NCBI GenBank assembly: GCA_964304625.1
Contig: OZ199839.1
Coordinates: 5,512,898-5,576,897, forward strand
Origin: Kudoa neothunni
Taxonomy: Eukaryota > Animalia > Cnidaria
Reading direction: 5' to 3'
Length of the DNA stretch: 64,000 bases
The notes under the pieces are model-generated. The model did not search any database, had not been told where the DNA came from, and was given only the letters and a program-made list of their open reading frames with translations. Positions 1-12,459 of the stretch are shown here, one piece after another (position 1 is the first letter of the stretch; each line of letters opens with the position of its first letter). Made by a program: the position numbers and the translations under genes.

Positions 1-269
1 ATTACTTTAGATAGATTAAAATTTGTACTTCATATATTATTACATTCTTATGAGGTTAAAAAGCTAATATTACAATAATCAATGATTCCGCTTAAAAGTA
101 ATTAAAGAATGTAGAGGAGATTATAAAACTCAAGTTAAATATTAGATTTATTTTCAATTTAACATTGCGCATGGAATAAGAAACAAATTTATAAGAACAA
201 AAAATGGAATTATTATTCAATTAATTCTAAGAGATAGGCTAGAGCGTATTTATCGAATTTAAAATAAAA

Positions 270-929
270 TAGAATAATTTCCATTTATTGCTGAACTTCG
301 ATCGCATCCATTCTTCGTGAAGATATGAATCAGTGTAGGCTCTGGGGACACCACTCATCCGTCATAATAATTTGGTCTTAAGATGATGCCACACAACTTC
401 CTCAGTATTTGTGTGGTAACCTTCTCTTGTGACGTATTCCTTGGAATGGTTAACATTTATATGGGTAAATCCATACATTCCAGGGGTTTGATATGCTTTC
501 CATTTATCAGTAAAGCTAGTGGAACCAAGCTCAACTTCTTGACGTATTAATGATATCAACGTACTCGCATCCCATCTTTGAACAATAAAAAATCTGGTTT
601 CTAATAGACTTCTTTTGTTTTCATTATCGACGGAGCATTCGTATATCCCGATCACCCAAGGCCCTTCGGCACGATTATTATAGAGCTAAACAATGTAGGA
701 ATTTTCACCACTTTCGATTCCGCCATTTTCCAATTCAGATGGAATATAGGTTTCATTAAAGGCGCTTCTCCACCAGTCATATACCAAATATCGCCCACAA
801 TTATTTTTTCACTCCACCATAGTAGACTCGTCAATTTCGATAAGTTTTTGAGGGCCACCAAATTTTGAACGCAAAATGAAACGATTCGGTTGAAATCATC
901 CGAAATTCGGAAAACCGATATATAACTGT
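270..929 (-). pseudogene. Merlin/IS1595-family (ISXO2-like) DDE transposase relic, 3' part, cut off by Gypsy-1
   Basis: ORF 362..655 has TD.WKAY..H..VNHSKEYVT.EGYHTNT.E..W; upstream minus-strand frame gives FGGPQKLIEIDES. Homologous to 25211..25864. Left boundary approximate. Confidence 0.85.
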
Positions 930-1015
930 TGTTAATGACACCATTAACACTCATTTTATAAACTAACAAAACACGTAACTATGCTAATGGATTAAAGTAT
1001 ATCTAGAACTTAACA
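930..1015 (-). repeat. 3' LTR of Gypsy-1
   Basis: 86 bp, matches 4739-4824, preceded on the minus strand by the PPT. Confidence 0.9.
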
Positions 1016-1873
1016 CTTTTCCCCTTCATTTTTTTTGTCTTTATAGGTTGATAATAGGATTCAATAATTTCTCATTCCTAGCCTCGCATGGTTTCATTTT
1101 ATCAAAATTTGTGACAAATTTCTTTCCATTTTTTTGTAGGCGATAAGTAGAATTTGTTATTCTCTGCCTCACTGTATACGGCCCATCGAAAAATGGATCG
1201 AGTTTATTTTTTCTGACTGGAATTTTGACCATACCATTCCCCAGGTTTGTAAGGATTTCCATAGGCTTTCGTTGTATCGGTTTTTCGTTTTTTCCAATGA
1301 CAGCTCCATATTCTCTTTTTCCAAATTGTGTGCCATCGTAAGATTTGATTTTCAATTTTTTACATAACCATCAAGCTTTTGCAAAGTACTCACAGTTTCA
1401 AAAACAATGTCGATCGCCGATATAACATATAACCTCTTGTCCCATCATAAGGAAATTTAGAGAATACTTAAAACGATAAGGTGCCGAACGATACGCCATC
1501 ATAACCAACGGTAACAAAGAATCCCATTCTGCAGATCGATCAACAACCTTGCTTAACATATCAATTTATGGTACGATTCAGTCGCTCTACCATGCCGCCT
1601 GACTTAGGATTGTATGGGCATGTACGCATCTTTCTTATTCCAAGCAGTTCACATGTTTGCTTAAAAATTGCAGACTCAAAATTGCTCCCTTGGTCGTTGT
1701 GGAGTGTATGAGGAAATCCAAATCTATTAAACACATGCCTTACCATTTATTGTGTTATCGTCATGGTTTCTTGATTGTTGATGGCAAACGCATCTGCTCA
1801 TTTAGTGAAATAATCATGAATAACTTCAATACAGCGATTCCCCTTATTAATCACTCGGAACGGCCCAACAACA

Positions 1874-4666
1874 TCAATAGCTACACACTTCCATATTCAA
1901 TTCAGAAACAATTTTTTTTGTTTGTTGATTCCTCGCAGCGCACTCTGGACACGATTCACACCAATTCTTCACATCCTTCTTTTGAAATGGCCAGTAAAAA
2001 TTTCGAGATACGAATTCATTCACTTTGGTGTGCCCCAAGTGTCCCGAAGTACTGCTATCATGATCAACTTTCAAAACTTCTTTTTTCAGTCTGTCTGGTA
2101 CAATCAATCTAAGTCTAGTCTCCATTGTGGTGTCGTTTCTGAAAACTGGATAGAGTATATCATTTTCGATTTTCAACATTGATCTCAACTTCCATAAAAT
2201 TCTAATTTGGTCGCTCCGTTCTTTTGGTTCCACAAGAGGCATTCTATTCGTCTTCATCCAACCAATAATTTGGGATACATTTGGATCAGCCATCTGAACT
2301 CTTCGAATCAGCTCGTCAGGGAGCCCCTTTACTTCGACTGCATTGCAATTCTTTGGATTCGGAATTCGAGACAATGCATCGGCGTTCGCATGATCCTTCC
2401 CTGGTCTGTGGATTACCTCAAATTCGTACTCCGCCAAAATCTCCAACCATCTTGCAACTTGTCCTTCTGGGTTTCTGAAAGACAACAACCATTTTAAAGC
2501 GTTATGGTCGGTACGAATTATGAATTTCTTTCCAGCAAGATAATTCTTAAAAAATTTCACAAAATGCACCAGAGCCAATAATTCTTTCCGAGTCGCACAA
2601 TAATTTCTTTCTCTCTGAAGTAAATTGCGATTTCCAAATGATATTATCTTCTCTGTACCATTTATCATTTGAGACAGTACACCACCAATTGCAAGGTTAC
2701 TAGCGTCTGTATCCAAAATGAATGTCTTTTCCAAATCGGGGTTGGTTAAGACCGTTGGAGACGTGATTTCCCTCTTGATTGTATTGAAGCTGATCTCACA
2801 GTCAATAGACCAGTTCCAAGGAACATCCTTTTTGAGCAATTCATAAAGAGGGGCAGAAATTTCCGAAAATTTTTTTACAAATCTGCGATAGTACTTGGCA
2901 AGTCCTAGGAATTTTTGAACATCCTTAACATTATTGGGAGTTGGCCACTCATTGATACCTTGAGTTTTAGACGGATCAGAGGTTATCCCCTTTTCACCAA
3001 TGACGTAACCAAGAAAGTGGACCTCCTTATAGAATACTGATTTGTTTTCGTTAATTTTCAATTTTTTATCTCCCAAAACCTTCAATATCTTCTTGACGTC
3101 ATCGATATGTTGATTATAGTTTTTACTAAATATTATAACGTCATCAAGATAGACCAAACATATCTTACCAATAAAATTCTTCAAAACCGAGTTCATCATG
3201 CGTTGGAACGTGGCCGGTGCATTGCAAAGTCCGAAGGGCATACGTTTGAATTGGTATATCTCATCAGCACCATAGAATGCTGTTTTTTCCTTATCATTTT
3301 CATCAATCAGCACTTGATGGTAGCCATCTTTGAGATCCAGAACTGAGAAGTACCTCCAACCTCCCAACATATCAAAGATATCATCTATTCTAGGCCATGG
3401 ATAGGAATCCTTAATCGTTATTGCATTTAGCTTTTGGTAATCCACACAGAGCCTAAACTTCCCGGATTTCTTTGGGACAGTAACCGCATTCGAAGCCCAT
3501 TCTGAGCACGACTTTTCAATGACATCATTTTCAACGAGCTCTCTAATCAACTCGTTCATTATATTTCGCTTGTGAAATGGAATTCTACGTCTTTGGTCTC
3601 TTATCGGCATTCTTGTTCCAGTATCAATATAATGATAAATTGGCTTCTCAATTTCATCATCCTTCTTGGTGGAAATATTCGCAACCATTATGGGCTCAGA
3701 GTTAGCTTTCAATTCCAGCGCCTTTTCTCTAATTTTCACAGCCAATCCAAGTCTGTTCATCACATCGACTCCAATGATACAATCGTGTATGACATTTTCC
3801 GTTACATAAAACTTATGGTTTATGCTTTTACCTTCAACATTTATAGGTAACACAGTAATACCCTTAACTTCCATTTCTCCACCACGTGCAGATATAACTT
3901 TTTCATGGGTGATTTTAATTTGTTGCTGACACAACAATAGAAATAGTTTGTGGTTTATAATACTAAGTTGCGAACTAGTGTCAAATAACGCACCCACCAC
4001 AATGTTTTTAATTTGTAATTTCAGAAAAAATAAAGAGGCGTATTTAGAATTATTACACTTGGTCAAATAACAATGATTTTTTATATGCCCAAGTTTCCCA
4101 CAACCATAGCATTTAACAGAGGTTTTGATATTAAATTTGCTCTCCAATGCGCCCAGCCTTTCCAATATCATATCCTCTTTGTTCTTCCTACCAACTGCAA
4201 GAACTTCAGGAGTTGGTACTTCTGATACACTCACCATTGTATTGTTCGCCACAAACTCCAACTTCCTAGCTAGAGTAAGAGCATCCTCGAAAGATACCGG
4301 ATCCTTAATCATCAAGTTTTTCTGAGTTTCTTTACTCCCCACACCATGAATGAATTGATTCTTCATCATCTTGTTGATTTGATCCATAGAAACTCCAGTG
4401 AGGGTCACAGCCGCTTTTCTACGCAACTCTTCTGCGTATTCGATAACGTTCATATTATCGGTTTGGACGCACTCGAAGAATTCTCGCTGAGAGATATAGC
4501 CATCCTTAATGGAGCCAAATCTACTAAGCAAGAATTGTTTCATTCCATTATAATCAGATGTCATTGTCCATCCAGACTCTGTCACTATCTTAAATACTAT
4601 TGGTGACAATGACACTAGTAGTTCCAATGAGTGCTTTTCTGGTGGAATATTTCGATGAACTAACAA
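1874..4666 (-). CDS. Gag-Pol polyprotein, main open segment (CCHC knuckle, protease, RT, RNase H, integrase zinc finger)
   Basis: CYGCGKLGHIKNHC; LFDTSS; YLDD; DTDAS; H..GHLG..C..C. Integrase core continues frameshifted in ORFs 1561..1746 and 1041..1355; gag N-terminus is frameshifted from the ATG at 4763. Confidence 0.9.
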   Translation of the reverse strand: MLVHRNIPPEKHSLELLVSLSPIVFKIVTESGWTMTSDYNGMKQFLLSRFGSIKDGYISQREFFECVQTDNMNVIEYAEELRRKAAVTLTGVSMDQINKMMKNQFIHGVGSKETQKNLMIKDPVSFEDALTLARKLEFVANNTMVSVSEVPTPEVLAVGRKNKEDMILERLGALESKFNIKTSVKCYGCGKLGHIKNHCYLTKCNNSKYASLFFLKLQIKNIVVGALFDTSSQLSIINHKLFLLLCQQQIKITHEKVISARGGEMEVKGITVLPINVEGKSINHKFYVTENVIHDCIIGVDVMNRLGLAVKIREKALELKANSEPIMVANISTKKDDEIEKPIYHYIDTGTRMPIRDQRRRIPFHKRNIMNELIRELVENDVIEKSCSEWASNAVTVPKKSGKFRLCVDYQKLNAITIKDSYPWPRIDDIFDMLGGWRYFSVLDLKDGYHQVLIDENDKEKTAFYGADEIYQFKRMPFGLCNAPATFQRMMNSVLKNFIGKICLVYLDDVIIFSKNYNQHIDDVKKILKVLGDKKLKINENKSVFYKEVHFLGYVIGEKGITSDPSKTQGINEWPTPNNVKDVQKFLGLAKYYRRFVKKFSEISAPLYELLKKDVPWNWSIDCEISFNTIKREITSPTVLTNPDLEKTFILDTDASNLAIGGVLSQMINGTEKIISFGNRNLLQRERNYCATRKELLALVHFVKFFKNYLAGKKFIIRTDHNALKWLLSFRNPEGQVARWLEILAEYEFEVIHRPGKDHANADALSRIPNPKNCNAVEVKGLPDELIRRVQMADPNVSQIIGWMKTNRMPLVEPKERSDQIRILWKLRSMLKIENDILYPVFRNDTTMETRLRLIVPDRLKKEVLKVDHDSSTSGHLGHTKVNEFVSRNFYWPFQKKDVKNWCESCPECAARNQQTKKIVSELNMEVCSY

Positions 4667-4738
4667 TAATTCAAATCGAGCACACCATGCCTATGCATTT
4701 TTTCCCATCAAACGGTTCGAAAGTAGCTACTGCGCCAA

Positions 4739-4824
4739 TGTTAATGCCACCATAAACGCTCATTTTATAAACTACAGAAACACGTGACTATGCATATGGA
4801 TTAAAGTATATCTAGAACTTAACA
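4739..4824 (-). repeat. 5' LTR of Gypsy-1, containing the gag ATG at 4763
   Basis: 86 bp; followed on the minus strand by T+TGGCGCAGTAG (tRNA-Ser-like PBS). Confidence 0.9.
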
Positions 4825-7371
4825 ATTAAAAATATTAAAATCACATGGGATATAAAAGATACTACTCGTGCTCCGGACGGTTAAGAATATTTTTGCATGA
4901 TGTAAGCGATCCAAATAGTTTCGATGATCTTCGAGCTGTTGAAGGTACTGTTTGCTCGATATACAGATAGGCATGCATGAAACGTGGAATGGTAAAGGAT
5001 GAAAATCAATGGGAAAATACATTGATGGAAACTGTGGTTACTAATACGCAATCCTAATTACGTCGTCTATTTATATCTTTAATTAGAATATGCGAATTGA
5101 TTAGTCCAAATTCCGTGTGACTAAAATTTAGAAACGACCGTTCAGGGGACTATAGACGTCAGCTACAGCTACAAAATCCAAATGTGAATGTCGAATTTAA
5201 GTCTACGATATCCAATATGACGTTATCCACATTGAATATATTTTAATTTTAATGGGTGGAGACACACTTGAATAATATAGATTCCCCCAATTGATCGCAA
5301 CTTTTGTAGCTATGTCCAGACTGAAATTCAAAAGGAGTTATGCTACAATGTTGATGAGTTGGCACCGTTGGCATCGGTAAATAAACCTAAATTAATGACT
5401 GATCAATTACATGTTTTGAATACAATCTTTGAGAGAATCGAGAATGATCATGGTGATGAAAAGTGTTCTTAGACACCCAGGTGGAACAGGGAAAACATTA
5501 GTCATCAATTTAATATTGGCTCAATTAAGGATGCAATCAAAAGTAATACTCGCTGTTGCTTCGTCTGGAATGGATGCAACATTACTTCCTGGTGGCAAGA
5601 CAGCCCATAATGCTTTCAAATTACCACTCTGGTTATCCAACGACAGTACAACAACTTGCCGAATATGTAAAGGAACAGGTTTGGCGGATAAGTTGCAAAA
5701 TGCAGCGCAGTTATTTGGGATAAGTGCACAATGACTAACAAGATTGCTCTTAAATTTCTGGATCGAACTCTTCGTGATATAACCGAATCCAATATTCCAT
5801 TTGATGGAATAACTCTATTGTTATCTGTAAATTTTCACCAAACATTACCCTGATTCCGAGAGGCACCAGGGGAGATCATGTAAAATTTTGTATCAAATCT
5901 TCTTACTTGTGACCCAAAGTGACGATCTTAAAGCTGACTACTAATATGAGAGTTTTTAGAATATTGACGAGGAGGCTGATGAATTTTCAAATAACATTTT
6001 GAAAATTGGGAACGGAAAAATACCAACCGATTCTTTTAGGAATATTCGATTGTTGTCTGTGGCGAATTTGGCGAACAACTAAGATGAGTTAAGAGGTGCT
6101 TTCCAAATATGACAGAACATTATTTGATGCCGGAATGGTTATGCGAAAGAGGAATTCTTGCTCCCACCAATGCAATTGTAGATGCTATTCACTATCAAAT
6201 GATAAGTCTTTTGCCAGGGGAGAAAACTATGTATAAATCCTATGATTCAGTCGTTGATACAAACGAAAGTGCCAATTTTCCGGTTGAATTTTTGAATAGT
6301 TAGGAAATGTCCGGCATCCCTTCCCACAAATTGGTTTTAAAGATTGGTGCCCAAATAATGCTGCTCAGAAATCTCGATTCTCCATATCTTGTAATGGAAC
6401 TCGATTGGTTATTGGGCGATTAATGTCATACTTGATCGAGGCAACTATAATGACTGGATGTGCCAAAGGGGAAACTGTATTCATTCCTAGAATATCACTT
6501 ATGCCACCAGACAGTGTTATCACCTTTAGGCGATTACAATTCCACTTAAAATTATGCTTTGCTGTGACCATTAACGAAGCACAAGGTCAAACATTGAAAG
6601 TGACCTGATTGCATTTAGAAGATCCTTGCTTTCTCATGGCCAACTTTACGTGGGCGTTTCTAGAGTTGGGTCAAGACTAAATTTGTTCGTATTAACTCCG
6701 AGCAGGATTACAAAAAATATTGTCTACTCTGAGGTGTTAGGATAAATAGAATTTATCAGATTCTATTCTACAAAAGTCGACAACAATTCTCTCTCCTTTT
6801 GGAGCCAATAAACTTTACCCTATGAAAATATCAAATGAAAGGTGCCATATGTATGAAGACCGCCATAAACTTTGAAGATTCCCATTTCTGTGATGAACAT
6901 CTATAATCCCATTAAAATGTTCGTATTTAAAGTTTAAAATTGTCTATTTTAACAATCTTACTAACAGGAAGAATTAACTCATGTTCCAAAATATTTATTC
7001 TCTAAAATTCCATCATTCACTATTCAATCGTTTAAAATATCTCCAAATACGTTAATTATCGTATTTTTGTAATTTTACTGATAAATGCTTTTTTTAATAT
7101 ATATATAGATTTGGACCTTCTGATTTACGCCAAATCCCAAACCCCTTGCAAAATTCAAAAACTTCATACCATAAATATCATTTTATTCAAAACAAAATTT
7201 TTTATAACTTTTAGATTTGTGGATGTCAAAACGGAAGATAACAAGATACCTTCTGATTAATGTGTTAACATATAAATAAAATATTTTTTTAATTCTATAT
7301 CGTGATACTTTTTTTGCAGGCGTTTTAATAATTTTTTTTACAAATTGAGGAACGCCGGGGCTTAGCACTAG
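4825..7371 (+). mobile_element. Helitron, 5'-truncated, with decayed Rep/PIF1-helicase coding region
   Basis: PGGTGKT, AVASSG..ATLLPGGKTAH.AFKLP, ILAPTN, FPVEFLNS, RLQF.LKLCFAVTINEAQGQTL; 3' end GAACGCCGGGGCTTAGCACTAG|T. Confidence 0.9.
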
Positions 7372-7997
7372 TCCGTTATATAATTGCAAAAAATGAGTAA
7401 CAATTGATATTTTTATTGCTGACACATCTTAGGTCGATTTTATTTTTTTTATAGTTTGTAGACTAATAATACATTTTATAATTAGAAAAATTAATTTTTA
7501 TCGGAAAATTTTGAAAAGAACTGAAAGTCCCATTAAGTTACTAAATGATTTTGTTTTATAAATAAATGAACTTTAATCGCTAATTAAATATCTCATAAAA
7601 TTAAGGTCATCATAGTTTTGACCAATAATTTGTAAAATAAACATAAACATACTATTAATTTCTGTCCATACCTCTATTTATATTTTAATGGAAAGTGTAC
7701 ACATAATTTCGTTTATCTAAATCACTACGTTGCAAATATAATGACAAGTTTTAAAATGCATCGATTAAAATAGAAAAATAAAATTTATAGGGTATAAAAT
7801 GCTGATTAGATTAACTCTTCCGTAAAATTTCTCCATTCAAAAATAAGATTAAAGTTAAAACTTTCCATCAAATTGTATCAGTCAAAACTGGGAATTAGCG
7901 CTGTCTACTTGAAAATCAAAAAGGAATTAGTCTGCGCCAGGTGTTGGCCTAATTGGCTGGGAAAGAAAGCCTTCGCGAAGCGGGGCTTTTGCGCTAG
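7372..7997 (+). mobile_element. Non-autonomous Helitron (family A body with family B/C 3' end)
   Basis: Starts TCCGTTATATAA; ends with hairpin AAGCCTTCGCGAAGCGGGGCTT then CTAG|T; body similar to 15242-15319 plus 18526-18974. Confidence 0.75.
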
Positions 7998-8522
7998 TAT
8001 ATTATATATACCAATGCAATACTAAAAAAATATCTCTAGGTTATTTATTAATAAAGTTTAAGTTTAAAACCTAAGTTAAACATTATGTTATATAAATTCG
8101 TGATATATCTGAACACATGACTATATGTTGTTAAACAAACAATCATTAAAAAAGTGGGTAATTCCTATATAGACGAATAAAAAATACCCTAATTATGTAC
8201 TTTTTTTCCTGTTAGCCTCCAAATTCTTAGTTAATAGATATGCCAACATCTTTAATTTAAATGGCAGATGCTAAAATATTTTACTTAATAAATAGTTAAA
8301 GTTATTGATGTCACGTAAAAAATCAAAATAAACAAATCATTCAAATAAATTAACGCGCAATTCTTACTTTATGTTCAATTAACCGGAACCTCGTTATCCG
8401 GGAGGATCGCTGTTCCCAAATTTTTCGAATAATCAAAGTTCGACTGTAAATATTTAACAGATATTTTATAATGTAGTTCTGCGTTACCTACATATATATT
8501 GGGGTGATTTTTGTTTTGTTAA

Positions 8523-9673
8523 TCCTTTATATATATATAAAGGAGGACTGTCGGTATGTTTGTGTATGTGTTCCCTAAGTACGCATGTGCCGATATTTTT
8601 TTCCTTATAGAGAGCCATATACAAATTTTTTTTATAAATTTGTAATGTTTAAAAAAATAGTTTAATTTTTTTTGGACTACTAAAGTTTCCAAAAAGTATT
8701 TATGAAATAGTGATTTTGTCGATTTAAAGTTGTTTATCGGATTACATGATCTCAACGATAGGATTAGCGCTTGCTTATGTCATGATGATGGTCGGTTCAA
8801 GTTAACTATCTTCCTTATATACTCTATCATATGTTAGTTGAACGATGTCATCTGTCTTTACGTATAAGATTTGTGCGTTTATTTTATTGTTTGCTCAAAT
8901 AAATTCCTTATATGGGGAGTTTTAATGTAATTGACTTGATAAACACATTTTGAAGGCTTTATTAGTGGGATTGGATACGAAAAATTGTCAATATTTGCAT
9001 TTTTATTGAGTTGGTTATGCGTGTTATAATCAGATAAATTGAAGCACTATAATGCAAGTACCGTGTCCGTAGATTTCATTGAAACCGTTCGTTATGTTGA
9101 ACTTTCAGTGATTCAATTCAATTCAGTGCAGATGGTTGTATGGTTACTTCATCCGATTATTTAAATTATATATTAGAAAAAGCGCACTAAAGTTTTTGCG
9201 GATCAAAGGATATTAATTTTTTCAATATCAATTAATTTTCATACGTTTCCTTCTATCTCTATTACTTTCTCCATTTTTTTATCTCTTAAAAAGTTAGTGG
9301 TACACACAGTTACTGAGCCGGGTCAGAATTCGACTTTAAAAATCCCCTGACCAAAAAATATTGTTTTAGATAACATTTTAACGGGATTTAAATAATTCGG
9401 GAACAAAAAAGATAAGGCACTCAACATAAATTATTTAGCGTTGGTGTCGAGCCATGAAATTTTTGGATGGACGCCAGGATTTGTACATTCCTTCATAGAA
9501 ATAATCATAATTTAATTTTCATATTCACAGTCGTTAAAATATAAAGCTTATAATAATTGTTTAGATTTATTTTTTCTATAGGTTAATTTGAAATATTAAT
9601 ATCTTTTTTGAATGCTATTAAGAAATTTTTCAGTGTTTATTACTCTCAAGCAACTCTAGGCAATTTCCGCTAG
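8523..9673 (+). mobile_element. Non-autonomous Helitron (family D, copy 1)
   Basis: A|TCCTTTATATATA start, GCTAG|T end; full-length homologue at 36506-37513. Confidence 0.8.
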
Positions 9674-9691
9674 TATATATATATATATATA

Positions 9692-11614
9692 CAGTCGAAC
9701 CTGGATATCGCGCAATTTCACAAGTTTATTGAAATATAACGTATATTTTAGATTTTTTAATTCAACATTTCTTATACACTATTTATATAGATGTTAACAA
9801 AGCAAGCTAAGATAAAAAGTTATTACTAACGAAGTAAAAATTTAAGATATTGCGCTAAAACCAAAATCTCTCTACTGTGTAACATTTTGTTTAGTTTAAT
9901 CCCCGCTTAATCTTCTTTTCGAATTCTGCGAAATAAAGATGGCAAGGAGGAACCAGCGAACGGTGGCTGAAAAAATTGAAATTATCGAATACAATAATTC
10001 AATTAAATCTCTTAAAGGAGCAAAAGCAATGATTGTTAAACATTTCAAGCTATTTAGTAATATAAAATTATCTAACCCCATTAAAATATATTTGCAGGGC
10101 ACTCTACATTTGATAGGATTTTAGCTGCTCAAAATGATATTATTAATTCTACTGTTTCAGCTTAAGGAAAAAGAATGAAAGAAGGCAAATACAGGGAGTT
10201 GGACAATTTACTCTATGCGCGGATCACTAAAATGCGAAATCAGAAGAAAATTGTCCCTACATACTTAATTGTTGAAAAGGCCAAAAGTGTCGCTAAATCT
10301 ATAGTGCTTGATGAATTTTCCGGTAGTAACGGTTGGTCCGCGATATTTAAAAATAGATACTGTATTCATTATAAAAAATTGCGCGGTGAAGCCAGCAATG
10401 TGAATAATCAAATTGTACTTGATTTTTTGGTTAAATTCCCAGAAATCTCACTAGAATACAAAAAACGCAACATAATAAATACGGATGAAACGTCTCTTTT
10501 TTTTTAACAGTTACTCTTACACACGTATACTCTAAATGACGAATCCGACGTAAAAGGAATGAACAAATCCAAGAAAAGGGTTACCGTTATTGTGTCTACG
10601 TCTTTAACAGGGGAAAAATTCCCACTTATTGTAATAGGGAAGTATCAAAAATCCAGGTGTTTTAATAAATCGGAGCCACTTCCTTTGAAATATTATGCAC
10701 AAAAAATGATTTGTCTTCTGAAATTTTTTATGATGTCCTTAAATCCTATAATAAAAAATTCCAAGAAGAAAAAAGGAAATATCTAATATTATTAGATCAG
10801 TGCCCTGTGCATCCACAAAACCTTCATGAATTTGAAAATGTTAAACTGGTATTTTTACCTAAAAACACCACAAGTGTTCTAAAAACCATGGACCATGGTG
10901 TCATACGCAGTTTTAAATGCCAGTATCGTAAAATTTTGACAAAGTATCAATTATCTGAAAGACAACAATTCAATTTTAATTAAGTATACCGTTGTGACTG
11001 TATGAAAATTTTGAAGCAGGCGTGGGAAAACGTATCTTCGAGTACTATTCAAAATTGTTTCAGAAAATCTAGACTTTTTGAGCACTGTAATTACATCCTT
11101 TATCAATCTGAATTAAAAATTATTAGATGGTGGAATCTTACCTCAATATTTCCCTGATCATGGATGGTGAATATTTTGCCACACTTTCATATTGTTCATA
11201 AACTTTATTTTTTAGGTAAACAATTTGACGAAATAAACAACATTGAAGAGGAGGAAAAAGTGCACGTGGAAACAATAGATTTACCTGAAACGCATGAAAT
11301 TGATAAATTTAAAGAGAATATCGATCCGGATTTTGAAAAAGATGAAACGTTTGTGTCAACTTCAAAACTTAAACAAGCGATAAATTTAATCAGAAAAACT
11401 TTTATGCAAGAAAACCCAAAAGCATTATTTTCAACGCACCCGGTTATGGATTTCATATCTGAAATAATTAAAAAAGGGCATAAACAGACGGAAACTACTA
11501 GTTATTTTAAACCAAAATAATTTTTTTCGTTATAAATAACGCGCACGCGCCAATACAATATATTGCGTAATTTTGTTCCATTCCAAAAAATTACGAAATA
11601 AACAGGTTCGACTG
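9692..11614 (+). mobile_element. Tigger/pogo DNA transposon with decayed transposase
   Basis: TA-flanked TIRs CAGTCGAACCTG / CAGGTTCGACTG; CENP-B-type HTH (S.GW...FKNRY), NTDETSLF, KKRVT, LLDQCPVH, FLPKNTTS.L..MD.GVI. Confidence 0.92.
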
Positions 11615-12459
11615 TATATATAAAGTTCGTATGTTTGTCAGTGTGTGTTTTTGCGGCAGTACGAATCTGTCGCGGAGAAACATTTTTTAAATACAACTAT
11701 TAGTATACATTTGGAAGGATGATACAAATAATAATAATCGTTAATTTACTTTGGAATATAAATATAATAAATGACGCAGTCTTATGTCAGGAATTTTCTG
11801 GTTGTTTACTAAAATAACAAATTAAAAAGTACCTGTATCGTATTTAATGTTTGTTTACTTCAGATTAATAGTCAATTAGAATGAACATTTACCCATTGTA
11901 ACCAGAGTGAATCTATTCATTATGGTATAGAAGTTTTTAAAAATGTTAAGTATGCCGTTTGGAGTAATTTTAAGATAAATAAAACTATTAACGTCACATT
12001 TACAAGAAATGTAGCATTCATCTTAAACTTTTAAGCATAACCAAATGATCTAGAATGTATTTACACTTTTTAAATGTTAACGATATAGTTAAGCGAAAAA
12101 CATTATGATTAATTTAAATAAAACACATAATTTGAGATTATAAGTTATTGCCAAGTTGGAATAACTTTGGTGTCTATACGCATTTTAAAAACAATGTAAG
12201 ATTTGTGTAGAGTCGTCAGGTAATTAAATTTTTGTAATAACTTCCTAAATGAAAATTTCTTTTTATCAAATATATCAATTGAGATTGAAACTATATTCGT
12301 CATTTCGATAAGTTTATACTCATTTTTTGGGTTTCCTAAACTTTCTTGAAAAACAGCTGACAACTAATTCGATAAGTTTTTATATTTGACGAGATGATTT
12401 TTGAAATAATATATAAGTTCTTAGTAACCTAATTATTCCTTACCAGACCTTAAGGTTAA

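Larger units (their letters stand above)
930..4824 (-). mobile_element. Gypsy/Ty3 LTR retrotransposon 'Gypsy-1', 3.9 kb, 86 bp LTRs
   Basis: Direct repeats 930-1015 and 4739-4824 (TG...CA, about 9 differences); PBS TGGCGCAGTAGC at 4726-4737; PPT GAAGGGGAAAAG next to the 3' LTR; gag-PR-RT-RH-IN order; no TSD. Confidence 0.95.

Noticed and set aside
8380-8448. Tigger-like terminal fragment ending TTCGACTG|TA
   Set aside because: No partner TIR found; small relic.
8750-8810. tRNA/SINE-like words (GGATTAGCGC...GGTTCAAG) in Helitron D
   Set aside because: No acceptor stem and poorly conserved in copy 2.
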